64,000 nucleotides of DNA. Source: a virus (lineage: Duplodnaviria; Caudoviricetes). The stretch covers positions 1 to 64,000 of the IMG/VR virus record IMGVR_UViG_2645727757_000001; one strand, written 5' to 3'. Position 1 is the first letter of the stretch. The number at the start of each line of letters is the position of its first letter. Made by a program: the position numbers and the translations under genes. The notes under the pieces are model-generated. The model saw nothing but the letters and a program-made list of their open reading frames with translations, ran no database searches and had not been told where the DNA came from. This document shows, in pieces, positions 29,303 through 39,461 of this stretch.

Positions 29303-29761
29303 ATGTTTGATACAGTAAATATTAATAAAGCATATACAATAACAGACAATGTAACTGGGAATAAAGTAGAAATAGTAAATTTTAATGCTTCTGTAAGAGT
29401 AGATAGTGGAATAACTACTGATGTTAATATAGGTTATCCAGATTTATACCAAAAAAATTTAGATGAAATAACAGAAGAATTTAAAAAGTTCCAAGCTAAT
29501 GTATTTAGTTTAGCTGTTGCGATGGGAACCGTAGGTACCGCAATAAATGGACCTGCTACTCTACCAGAAACTAGTGAAGTTCATACAAGTTATTCGTCAA
29601 GGGAATCTCAATATGATGCATTAACTCCTGTTATAGAGACACTACAAATAGAAGCTAAAAAGGCTATGGATCAAATAGTGGACGGATTACATGATATAAA
29701 AGTTAATGTTACACCAGTAATGGAACAACAATATAATATAAATCCTATGAGAAGATACTAA
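29303..29761 (+). CDS. Hypothetical protein, possible fibre chaperone
   Basis: Strong RBS aaggag; directly follows the fibre gene and precedes a terminator. Confidence 0.5.
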   Translation: MFDTVNINKAYTITDNVTGNKVEIVNFNASVRVDSGITTDVNIGYPDLYQKNLDEITEEFKKFQANVFSLAVAMGTVGTAINGPATLPETSEVHTSYSSRESQYDALTPVIETLQIEAKKAMDQIVDGLHDIKVNVTPVMEQQYNINPMRRY

Positions 29762-29768
29762 ATAAGCA

Positions 29769-29808
29769 AAAGCACTTAGTTTTATTAAAAATTTTAACTA
29801 AGTGCTTT
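29769..29808 (+). terminator. Inverted repeat, probable intrinsic terminator
   Basis: aaagcacttagtt-N14-aactaagtgcttt followed by a T-rich tract. Confidence 0.7.
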
Positions 29809-29866
29809 ATTGTTTATATTAATTTGGTTAAAATAGTAATATAAGTAAAATAAAGGAGATGTTTCA

Positions 29867-31114
29867 ATGTCTATTCGTACAGTTGGATTAGAAGATGTAT
29901 ATATACCATCAAATTCTAATTTTAATGAGCTTGAAGGTGTAAAATTTTTTAAAGATAACAAAGAAATAATCTCTCCTAAAGTAGAGTTTATTAATGAAAT
30001 TAAAGAGAAGAACTTAATTACATATACATTAGATGTAGATGGAAGTATATATAAATTCGGTAGAAACGTATATGTAGTAGATAAAGCTCCTTTAATAAAA
30101 GGTGTTGTAGATAAAAATATAAATTTAGGAGATACATTTAATTTATTAGATGGAATAACTGCTGTAGATGGTTATGGAAAAGACATAACTAAAAATATCA
30201 AAGTAAAAGGAAGAGTTAATAATAAAAAAACTGGTTCAAATATTTTGATATATAGCGTTGAAGATGAATATGGAACAATAACTGAATCTACTAGAGAAGT
30301 TATTGTAAATGAATATAAGGTAAACTTATCTTCCATACCTCAACAATTCGCTCCTATATGTGTTAGATGTGATGATAATGGAATACTACAACAAACTGGA
30401 GATATTAACGGAAATAATGAACCTAATCAATTAACTGAAACATTTGAAGTTACAGAAGAATGTAATTTAATATTTTTAAGATATAAGGATATTAATATAA
30501 TTAGTGTAATTAAAAATAATGAAGTATTAAATAAACAGTCTTATGATCTTAAAGATAATGCATTAATTTTTAATCCACCTATTAAAGATTCAACAATCAT
30601 TGTAACTTATAAACTTAAAAATAGTTTTTCAGTTAATTATGGTCCAGGTGGAGATTACATTGATTTGAAATTAAATTGCGAAATAGAACCTAATCTAGTA
30701 GAAGTTAATTTTGAATGTGATGAAGAAAATAACGTTAGACCTATAGACCATCTATCATTAAATTCTATTTATAATACAAATTATGATGGATTTATCTATA
30801 TAGATAAAAATAAATATGAAGAAAAATATATTAAAATACATTCATCTGTAAAATATTTATTCAGTAACATAGAAGATAAAACAAGAATGTATGTTGAGTT
30901 ATTAGATTTTAATAAGAATCCAGTATATAACAAGGAAGTTAATATAACTTGCGATTCTGGGAAAATAGTAAAAGACTTTGATAAAACAGATATTAATGGA
31001 GTTATCCCTTTTACTTATTATGCTCCAACATCAAATAAAACTATAACAATAGTTGCAAAGTGTGGAAAAATAAAAACTTCCATAAGTCTTATAATAAAAG
31101 AAAGGAATCTATAG
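29867..31114 (+). CDS. Structural protein with bacterial Ig-like (DUF5011-type) domain and C-terminal Big_1-like domain
   Basis: APLIKGV.DKNINLGDTFNLLDGITAVD..G.DIT...GRVN...G..LIYSV.D motif; C-terminal D...NPV..V.I...G...TD.NG motif. Confidence 0.7.
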   Translation: MSIRTVGLEDVYIPSNSNFNELEGVKFFKDNKEIISPKVEFINEIKEKNLITYTLDVDGSIYKFGRNVYVVDKAPLIKGVVDKNINLGDTFNLLDGITAVDGYGKDITKNIKVKGRVNNKKTGSNILIYSVEDEYGTITESTREVIVNEYKVNLSSIPQQFAPICVRCDDNGILQQTGDINGNNEPNQLTETFEVTEECNLIFLRYKDINIISVIKNNEVLNKQSYDLKDNALIFNPPIKDSTIIVTYKLKNSFSVNYGPGGDYIDLKLNCEIEPNLVEVNFECDEENNVRPIDHLSLNSIYNTNYDGFIYIDKNKYEEKYIKIHSSVKYLFSNIEDKTRMYVELLDFNKNPVYNKEVNITCDSGKIVKDFDKTDINGVIPFTYYAPTSNKTITIVAKCGKIKTSISLIIKERNL

Positions 31115-31118
31115 AATT

Positions 31119-34100
31119 ATGTTTTATAAAACACAAGCACATAAGGATTTTGAAGATGATGATTATTCTATAAAGATAGGTAGAACAATTCCAGATAATG
31201 CTGTAGGATTAGCATATTTTCATAATAAAATCCTTAATAATGAAGAGGGTGTTTTAATTAGTGAAGCACCTAAACTTACGATAGATCATATGACTGCTGA
31301 ATATATAATGCAAAAGTTTTGTGTACCAGAGCAAAATATGAACTATTTTCCTACTTACTATTATTATAGTGATAATAATGGTTATTCTGGTGAACTTCCA
31401 ATAGAAGAAACTGAATGGATAGAACACGTTCACTTCCAAGAGATAGACTATACAGAAAATAGAGAATATATAGTTACTGAAAAAATTATTCCTCAAAGTA
31501 TAATTGAGGTTACACAAGGACATCTTCATGGATTTATAGGAGCAATAGGTGTTAAATTTATTCCTTTAGAATATGCTCCTACGGAAAAAACAACAGAACT
31601 TACTAAAAAAGTATTTAAAACTTTGAGATATAATAATAAAACTTCTCCAGATTTGTCAGTATTACCAGCAACTCAACAGTACAATTCCGATGGATATACT
31701 GGAACAATGAATTTAATTCAAACATCTAAAAGAGCTATTCCTATTATGAATAATAGTTCAGCTTATGTAGATATAATTGATAGAAAAGAAGATAAAGCTT
31801 ACATTGATATAAGCGGAAGAAGATATTATAAATTAAAAACTTATAAGAAATTAGAAAAAAAGAATGCTTTTGGTACTATGAGATATTGGGGACCACAAAG
31901 AAATGGTGTATGTGGTACTGATGGTTCAAGATTTACAACCAAAACTCCAAAGCATCAATCTGATATGTATTGTCCTAATCAAATTAAATTCCTAAAAGGT
32001 AAAGCTAGTGGAAGTCCTCACGGAGATTTAGGCGGAGCTAGTAGTGAATGGTGGAATTTATCTTATGGAGATACTACATCACATTGGACTTATGATTACT
32101 CTCTTGCTGACAAAATAGTTGGTAGTGGAAAACATAATAGAGGTAATGCATGGATATTGGCTAGTAATACAGTTAGCAAAGCCTTTTCTCAAATAGGACA
32201 ACCACAAGCTGTAGCTAAATATTTAAGGTGTGAATCAATATACGATCCTCAAAAAGTAGGATATAAAACTATAACTGCTAAAAATTACGGGAAAATTATA
32301 ACTAGTACAGCACAAGCCTATAACAGTTTATGGTGGAGAGCGTCTAATGGTCCTGCATCACAAGTTACTAGAGCTGTTGCACAAGATATAATGCGTAGAA
32401 GACCTGGTGTTATAGCTAATGCTAGTAATGTATTCTTTAGAGATATAATATCATTCTACAGAGGAATCATAACGTCTTCTTATACAAAGTATGCTTGTAA
32501 TAAAATAACGGCAGGAAGTATAAAATATAATATCGAGGGTGATTATGAAGGTATAGTTAAGAAAACTATAACTGATACATCTAGCAAACCTGTCAAATGG
32601 AAAGCTATAGTAACATATGCAGGTACATTAAGTGGAACATTAAATGACTGGAATGGAACTGTAACATACAAAGGAACGGTAACTAAAAGAAATGTTATAG
32701 GTAATATAAATCCTGTAGGTTCAAATACTTTAGTTATGTACCCTAATGAAGACAGTTATTTAATGGAAGATTTAAATAATAAGCAATCTATGAATGTAGA
32801 AAGTGAATTATTTAGAATAACAAATATATTTAAAGATGGAGTTCCTTTATTTTATTCATATAGATTAAAAAATAAAGTTTATAGCAATATAACTCCTAAT
32901 GAATTTGGACTTCTTGAAAAAGATAATATAGTTTTACTAGATAATCTAAGAAATAAGTTACCTAGCAAATACAAATACAGAGCAAAATATACTCCTACAG
33001 AAAAGGAAAATGTTTATTATGTAGATGTATTAACTAGCTTTGAAAATAATTCTGGAAGAAAGATTTATTGTTCATATATAGCTTATGATGAATCTAAGGT
33101 TAGTAAAGTAAATCCAGAAGTTTTTGAAGAAATTTTTGTACAACCTCATTTCCAAAGAGATATAGAGTATTCAACAGAGGAAGTTCATAAAATTTCACGT
33201 AAAAATAATATTAAAATTACTAAACCTGCTGTAATAGAAGATAACAGAAGGAAAATTAATTTTGAATATAAAGTACAAAAAATAGTTGATGGAACTGTAG
33301 TAGGTGAATCAGCTCCTATAAATGCAAAAGGAATAAATTCAAGATATGCTTTGGATTTAGAAAAGAACTATTTTATAGATAGAGCTAATATTGTATCTCC
33401 GAGAACAAATACAGGATTCAAAACTGCTAAACAACTAGTAGAAGATAATAGAGGAAGTAGAAATATGCTGTATAGAACAGCTCAAATGTCACAGGAAGTT
33501 ATAAATTTAACTCAAAATCAAAAGGCAGCGTTAGGAATAGCTTTAGCTGCTGCTAGTAGAGTGACAATTGATGATGTTTTAGTTGGAGAAGATATTGGAT
33601 TAAAAATTTATGAGCATGTTGAAAGTTTAGTTGTATTCCATGATTGGGATAATAACGGAGTAACTTACTTAATTACAGAACAATTAAAAAATAAGGTATG
33701 GGATTATATAACTAAAGTTGGTATTCCTAATAGACCTATTATTAAAAGAATAGAAAGAGAATCACTAGACCATCCACTTAGAGTTAGGGATGATAGTTAT
33801 GATTTATTAAAAATAAAGTTTGATCCTATAACAGCTAGTGGAGTTAATTTAAATTTTAAATTAAATGGTGGTTCACATCCTAATGACCAAACTCATTTAG
33901 AATATACATCTAAGATAGGAAATTTAGCTTTTGAACAACTAAATGAAATAACTTATAGAATAGAAAAACAAGCTAATTCCAATAGATTTAATTTAAGAAG
34001 TTTTGGTAACGTACCTAATGAATCAACTGATTTTGGTAGATATACATTAACAAATCCAACATTACCTTATTATTTAAGAATAGATGAACCTAAGTTCTAT

Positions 34101-37100
34101 AGAAGTTCTCCAGATAATTATATAAGACTTAGTAATGTTAGATATGAGTATGATCTATTTATAAATTACAATGATAATAATGGAGCAACAGTATCTAAAA
34201 TACAATTACATGAAGAATTAACTAATGATTGTACATTATATATAAGCAATAGTTTAATTGAAAACTTAAAATATCATATAACTATAACTTCATTATCAAA
34301 TTTATTGCCAGATATAATTATTCATCACAAGAACTTACCACCTGTAATTAATAATGTTAAGGATAGAACAATACCATATGGTATGGAATTTAATCCATTA
34401 AGTGGAGTTACAGCTATAGATAATGAAGATGGGGATATAACATCAGAATTAGTTGTAAAAGGATATGTTAATGAATATATTCCTGGAGAATATGTTCTTG
34501 AATATTCGGTAGTAGATAGTGAAGGTGTTTCAAGTAGAAAAACTTGTACTATTACTGTAGATAAAGAACCTAATATTAAACCAGTAATATATGGAATAGA
34601 AGATATTAAAATATTAAAATCATCTGTATTCGACCCTATGTTTGGAGTAACTGCATACGATAGGGAAGATGGCAACTTAACAGATTCAATTATAGTTAAT
34701 GAAGATGTAAATACTGAAATAGCAAATGATTATCCTGTAACTTATAAAGTAACTGATAGTCAAGGAGCTACAACTACTAAAACTAGAATAGTTACTGTAT
34801 CTGAATATATTGATCCAGAATATAAAGTAGAAGATGTAGTATATAAAGCTGTATTAACAAGTACCTCTTCTAATGAAAATATAAAAGATGTAGTTAATCT
34901 ATATACTGATACAAGTGGTAATATGCCAGTATTAGCAGAAATACTAGCCGATACAGGATTCATGGTTGAAATAGGAGAAGAAACCAAATATACAGGGAAA
35001 ATAGTTACACCTGGTCCTTATTTAATTGATGGAGATTATATAAGATGTGCATATGCAGTAATGTGTATTGATGCTAGGGAAATTAGTTTAAAGAAACCTA
35101 GAACAAATAATTTATTAATGAATTGGTATCCTTGCGTACAGTTTGGTCATGCAACTAGAGTATTCTCTTATAGGGGTGTTAAGAAGAAAATAATATATGA
35201 TATCCCAGAATATAATGACCAATTATATGGAACTTATAAAAGACCTTATGTAGATATGGTTAATGATGAAGTAGAATTTATTAATGAACATTCAGTAAAA
35301 ACAAGATTATTCCCACTATATGTTAGATTAAATAAAGATAAAATACCGACCAATCTTTCATTATATATTTTATATAATGATGGAACTAAGAAAGAATTAA
35401 CTGTAGATAACTGGCTATATAACGAAGGAATAATAAAAGTAAAAGAAGTTATAAGTGAATATGATAGTATCTATGCTAATTATACTTATGAAGAGCAAAT
35501 GTATATATATAGAGGTTATTATGATGAAAGAGGATTTAAAGATTTAGATTTAAACATAAATCAATATCATAACTTCTATGATACAAGCATAGTTCCTAAT
35601 AAAGAAAATAAGGTATATAACCTATTAAATAAAACAATTTATTTCTTCTTAAAACCAGCTATGATAGTAGAGGATTTTGTTACTGATAGTGACCAAGTGG
35701 AAGTATCGAAGGTAATAAAAAGGATGTTAATTAATGAAACTAATATGTTCCCAGAAACAGTTTCTATTGATGCTGATATTTTTAAAGGAGAGATACCTAA
35801 AGATGGAGCATCATATGTTATAAAAGGTGATTATAAACCTATAGAAACTAGAAGTTTCGAAAGAGAAAAAACTGATTTATTAGTTAATCTTCCAGACTAC
35901 TATAAGATAGAAGAAGATGGTTTCTTTGGGTATATACCAAAAGCAGGAGATCCAGTATATGTATCTGGTATTGAAGCTCCAGAGAAAAGTATTGAATTTA
36001 CTAAAGAAGTAATTCAAGATACTGATAATTTTGCTGATGAATATGAGATAAATGAAGATGGCTATATCGGGTTCATACCTAAACTTGGAGAACATGAACA
36101 AATAGCTGGACCTAAAGATAGTGAATTATATAAAGAAATAAAAATAACAAATAAATATGATTCAGAGGAAGAAATACCAGAAACAATTGAATATAGCGAA
36201 AATGGCTATACTGGAACTTTAACTTTAATTGAAAAAGAACATGAAGTATTAGGGTATAGAACAAGTGAACAGGAAAGCGAAGCAGAAGTTGTAATAAGTA
36301 ATGAGATACATTACAAATGGTATCATAATGGAGCGTGGAACAGTTCTCCTTGCTCTGAATGTACAGATAATTTACCGACTAGTGGAGTAGAGTACAATAT
36401 AAATGAATCATATGATTTGGAATTAAAAGAGTTTAAAGATTCTGGATATAAAGTAATGGGTGAAAGAACTGTAGGTACAGAGCCATTATTTGATATGACT
36501 ACAGAAGTTGGTGAAGAACATGAAAAAATGGTATATATGGATGTTCAAAAGGTAACTTATGTATACAGAAAAGGAGTATTCCCAGACTATGACCAACCAA
36601 TATACGGAGATTGGATTGCAATATACGAAGGTGAAGTTGTTAATGATAGAATTGATGAAAGAAGATGGAAACAAGTTTATCAAGGATTATTAACAAAAAC
36701 TCTTCCTGATGCAAGAAAGTTTAAGCAAGTATATAGAGGTGATGTAACTTGTAATGGTTATGATACTAGAGTATTTGCACAAAACTATAAAGGAGTATTA
36801 ACAGGGTATCAAACTGCTGAAAGTGGTCTTGATGAAATAGAAGTAGTTTATGTTATAGATAATAATGTTAGTATAAATGCTATAAGAAAAACTATAGTAA
36901 AGAGTATAGATAAAATTCATACAAGTTTAGTTGATACTGGAGTTAGTAAAATAAGTTATGGTTTTGTATCTGTAAGTGGTAATGTAAATAAAGTAATAAA
37001 GTTTAATAATAAAAACTTTACTGAAAATATAGAATCATTAAAATCAGAAGTTAAAGAGTTCTTAAATAATTCCTATACTGGAACAGTATCTTCAATAGAA

Positions 37101-37871
37101 GGTGTACGCAAAGCTTGTACTGAATATGAATTTACAAGTAATTCAAGACAAGTAGTGTTAATTACAAATAGTGTTCCTAGTGATTTAAGTAATCTTTATG
37201 AAACTACTTCTTTAGCTAGTGCTGGAGCTATAAATATCCATGTTGTTACTGATACTAATGAGTTCCATTGTAAGACATTATCTGTACTTTCCAATGAAAG
37301 TGGAGGAAATGTATGTGAAATGGTAAATGCTCTTTGGGAAGATCAAATAATTCTTGCTATAGCAAGAATAAGTTTATATGGAATAGTAAGTATGGTTAAT
37401 AAAGATTCTATATACCATAAAATAGATGATGAAATTCCAAATCAAAAATACGATTTGTTAATAGGCTCTATATTCTTGGCACACCATACTTCTTTAGAAT
37501 CTACTGAAATTGTAGATGCTAGAAAGATTGGCGGAGGAATCAAAGAAGATATAGCTGATAATCTAAGAAGAGAATTAGAAATAGAAAGTGATAACTACTT
37601 AGATATCGGGTACTACGATGGAGAAGTTTACCCAGAAAATGCTGTAGTTATTATAAGATTAAATAAATCTATATTAGTTAAAAATGGTGGAAGATTTACT
37701 GAAAATGATGTTGAGAATATAGTTAAGAGATGGATAGCTGCGGGTACTATTCCTTTAATTGAATATATAGATGTACATGATAGCAGCTATATTAATGAAA
37801 ACTCTGAATTAACTGTAGAACCTAAAGATAAGATTGATATTAAACCAAAAATATCTATAGAAATGAAGTAA
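31119..37871 (+). CDS. Giant structural/adhesin protein with two DUF5011-type Ig domains, nested beta-repeats and a vWA-like domain
   Basis: PPVINNV.D.TI..G..FNPLSGVTA.D.EDGDIT present twice (~34330-34810); vWA-like IEVVYVIDNNVS...YGFVS...RQVVLITN...LSNESGG (~36840-37370). Confidence 0.7.
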   Translation: MFYKTQAHKDFEDDDYSIKIGRTIPDNAVGLAYFHNKILNNEEGVLISEAPKLTIDHMTAEYIMQKFCVPEQNMNYFPTYYYYSDNNGYSGELPIEETEWIEHVHFQEIDYTENREYIVTEKIIPQSIIEVTQGHLHGFIGAIGVKFIPLEYAPTEKTTELTKKVFKTLRYNNKTSPDLSVLPATQQYNSDGYTGTMNLIQTSKRAIPIMNNSSAYVDIIDRKEDKAYIDISGRRYYKLKTYKKLEKKNAFGTMRYWGPQRNGVCGTDGSRFTTKTPKHQSDMYCPNQIKFLKGKASGSPHGDLGGASSEWWNLSYGDTTSHWTYDYSLADKIVGSGKHNRGNAWILASNTVSKAFSQIGQPQAVAKYLRCESIYDPQKVGYKTITAKNYGKIITSTAQAYNSLWWRASNGPASQVTRAVAQDIMRRRPGVIANASNVFFRDIISFYRGIITSSYTKYACNKITAGSIKYNIEGDYEGIVKKTITDTSSKPVKWKAIVTYAGTLSGTLNDWNGTVTYKGTVTKRNVIGNINPVGSNTLVMYPNEDSYLMEDLNNKQSMNVESELFRITNIFKDGVPLFYSYRLKNKVYSNITPNEFGLLEKDNIVLLDNLRNKLPSKYKYRAKYTPTEKENVYYVDVLTSFENNSGRKIYCSYIAYDESKVSKVNPEVFEEIFVQPHFQRDIEYSTEEVHKISRKNNIKITKPAVIEDNRRKINFEYKVQKIVDGTVVGESAPINAKGINSRYALDLEKNYFIDRANIVSPRTNTGFKTAKQLVEDNRGSRNMLYRTAQMSQEVINLTQNQKAALGIALAAASRVTIDDVLVGEDIGLKIYEHVESLVVFHDWDNNGVTYLITEQLKNKVWDYITKVGIPNRPIIKRIERESLDHPLRVRDDSYDLLKIKFDPITASGVNLNFKLNGGSHPNDQTHLEYTSKIGNLAFEQLNEITYRIEKQANSNRFNLRSFGNVPNESTDFGRYTLTNPTLPYYLRIDEPKFYRSSPDNYIRLSNVRYEYDLFINYNDNNGATVSKIQLHEELTNDCTLYISNSLIENLKYHITITSLSNLLPDIIIHHKNLPPVINNVKDRTIPYGMEFNPLSGVTAIDNEDGDITSELVVKGYVNEYIPGEYVLEYSVVDSEGVSSRKTCTITVDKEPNIKPVIYGIEDIKILKSSVFDPMFGVTAYDREDGNLTDSIIVNEDVNTEIANDYPVTYKVTDSQGATTTKTRIVTVSEYIDPEYKVEDVVYKAVLTSTSSNENIKDVVNLYTDTSGNMPVLAEILADTGFMVEIGEETKYTGKIVTPGPYLIDGDYIRCAYAVMCIDAREISLKKPRTNNLLMNWYPCVQFGHATRVFSYRGVKKKIIYDIPEYNDQLYGTYKRPYVDMVNDEVEFINEHSVKTRLFPLYVRLNKDKIPTNLSLYILYNDGTKKELTVDNWLYNEGIIKVKEVISEYDSIYANYTYEEQMYIYRGYYDERGFKDLDLNINQYHNFYDTSIVPNKENKVYNLLNKTIYFFLKPAMIVEDFVTDSDQVEVSKVIKRMLINETNMFPETVSIDADIFKGEIPKDGASYVIKGDYKPIETRSFEREKTDLLVNLPDYYKIEEDGFFGYIPKAGDPVYVSGIEAPEKSIEFTKEVIQDTDNFADEYEINEDGYIGFIPKLGEHEQIAGPKDSELYKEIKITNKYDSEEEIPETIEYSENGYTGTLTLIEKEHEVLGYRTSEQESEAEVVISNEIHYKWYHNGAWNSSPCSECTDNLPTSGVEYNINESYDLELKEFKDSGYKVMGERTVGTEPLFDMTTEVGEEHEKMVYMDVQKVTYVYRKGVFPDYDQPIYGDWIAIYEGEVVNDRIDERRWKQVYQGLLTKTLPDARKFKQVYRGDVTCNGYDTRVFAQNYKGVLTGYQTAESGLDEIEVVYVIDNNVSINAIRKTIVKSIDKIHTSLVDTGVSKISYGFVSVSGNVNKVIKFNNKNFTENIESLKSEVKEFLNNSYTGTVSSIEGVRKACTEYEFTSNSRQVVLITNSVPSDLSNLYETTSLASAGAINIHVVTDTNEFHCKTLSVLSNESGGNVCEMVNALWEDQIILAIARISLYGIVSMVNKDSIYHKIDDEIPNQKYDLLIGSIFLAHHTSLESTEIVDARKIGGGIKEDIADNLRRELEIESDNYLDIGYYDGEVYPENAVVIIRLNKSILVKNGGRFTENDVENIVKRWIAAGTIPLIEYIDVHDSSYINENSELTVEPKDKIDIKPKISIEMK

Positions 37872-37881
37872 TTAATTATAG

Positions 37882-37902
37882 GTGGCGTAGCTTATACGCC
37901 AC
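37882..37902 (+). terminator. GC-rich hairpin (weak terminator or processing/stabilising stem)
   Basis: gtggcgta-gctta-tacgccac in the intergenic gap; no long T-tract. Confidence 0.5.
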
Positions 37903-37926
37903 TTGTAATAGAAATGAGGCAAATAT

Positions 37927-38943
37927 ATGATACCTAGATTAAAAATAACTAGAGATTCTAGGATAAAACAATTTTTAGTATATAGGGAATATACAGAGTA
38001 TCCTAAATATAATCTAGCTCATTATAAAACAGTTAATGCTGATATTATTGCTAATAATGTAGGTTCTAGTGATGTATTGATAATAAATGATTCTATGAAT
38101 ATAGAAGAGGAAAATATAATAAAAAAGACATCACCTAAGTTAACAAATCCTTATAAAGTTGAATATGAAGTAGTTTATAGTGATGGTCAAAATCCTAAAA
38201 TAAAATTTAGAACAATAAACGATAACTCTCTAATAAATATTTACTATTTACTAATAGGAATTGATAATACTAAAACTTCTTTAGCATCTGCAAGAACCAA
38301 GATACAGTTTAGAGTTAATAGTAAAGATATTAAAAATCAAGTATTTATAATAGACAACCTATTATTAGATGATTTATCTTTCACAGATTGGAATGAAATA
38401 GATGTTATTCTTAAAGATGTTATAAAAGAACCAGTAAAATCAATGAATAGTGATGATATAACAGCAAATTTAAAATATATAAATTCAAATATAATTAATC
38501 TTAATTTAAAAAATATATGGAATGATAATTCTTATAAAGAAAGAGCTACTAATCAAATAGAAATTAAAAGCAAATATGAATGTTCTTCTGTTTTAAATGA
38601 TGTAATAGAAACAAAAGTAAATATACCAATAGATAAGTTAATTATCCTTAGAAAAGAAGATGATGGAACTAGCGATCACATATTAATTAATGATGAAGCA
38701 GCTAAAAGTATAACTTTAGTTAGAGCAGAAGGTAAGTATGATAATTATGAAAATAATAAAGATTTTATCACAGATGGTATATGTGAAAAGACATTATATT
38801 TAGTTTCTGAAAATTTAGATATTGATGTATTTAGATTGTGTGATACAGGAGTTTTAAAAAATAAAACTTACAAATACACAGTAATATTATATGATAACTT
38901 AGGCTTTATATCGGAGCCATACACATTTAAAGTTGTAACGTAA
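37927..38943 (+). CDS. Hypothetical structural protein (FN3-like C-terminus)
   Basis: DTGVLKNKTYKYTV...G..SEP terminal motif; lies in the structural operon. Confidence 0.5.
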   Translation: MIPRLKITRDSRIKQFLVYREYTEYPKYNLAHYKTVNADIIANNVGSSDVLIINDSMNIEEENIIKKTSPKLTNPYKVEYEVVYSDGQNPKIKFRTINDNSLINIYYLLIGIDNTKTSLASARTKIQFRVNSKDIKNQVFIIDNLLLDDLSFTDWNEIDVILKDVIKEPVKSMNSDDITANLKYINSNIINLNLKNIWNDNSYKERATNQIEIKSKYECSSVLNDVIETKVNIPIDKLIILRKEDDGTSDHILINDEAAKSITLVRAEGKYDNYENNKDFITDGICEKTLYLVSENLDIDVFRLCDTGVLKNKTYKYTVILYDNLGFISEPYTFKVVT

Positions 38944-38959
38944 GGAGATAAGATAATAT

Positions 38960-39451
38960 ATGAATGAATTTTACTCAATACAGACTGAAAGTTTTAAAAA
39001 TACATTAATGTTTCCTAGACATAAAAGTACAAATGTAGATGGCTATGAAATAACAATAATGGAATATAGACCAGAAGGAACAGTATTATTGGATAAAGTA
39101 TTTATAAAGCAATTATATGAAGAAAATCCAATACAAAAGGTATTTGAATTCACTCCAACTGTAGAAAATGTTTATGAGCTACCTAAAAATATAATCCATA
39201 CAGAATATTATAATATTATAGTTGAATTAAATAGTAATTACCTTGATAAAAAGGATTACCAATATGATTCAAGTGCTAATACTATCAGTATTAAAAATTC
39301 AGTGCAAATTTTAGGTTCTGATACTATAAAGGTTTATTGCTATGTAGATTCTATGACATACGAATTTGAAAGTGAATATGAATGTTCATTAAATATAGAT
39401 ATTAAATATAATAAGAGCCATAAAATAGGCAACCATAATATATTAATATAG
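38960..39451 (+). CDS. Hypothetical structural protein
   Basis: RBS aaggag; beta-rich 163 aa. Confidence 0.5.
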   Translation: MNEFYSIQTESFKNTLMFPRHKSTNVDGYEITIMEYRPEGTVLLDKVFIKQLYEENPIQKVFEFTPTVENVYELPKNIIHTEYYNIIVELNSNYLDKKDYQYDSSANTISIKNSVQILGSDTIKVYCYVDSMTYEFESEYECSLNIDIKYNKSHKIGNHNILI

Positions 39452-39461
39452 GGGGTAAAGC

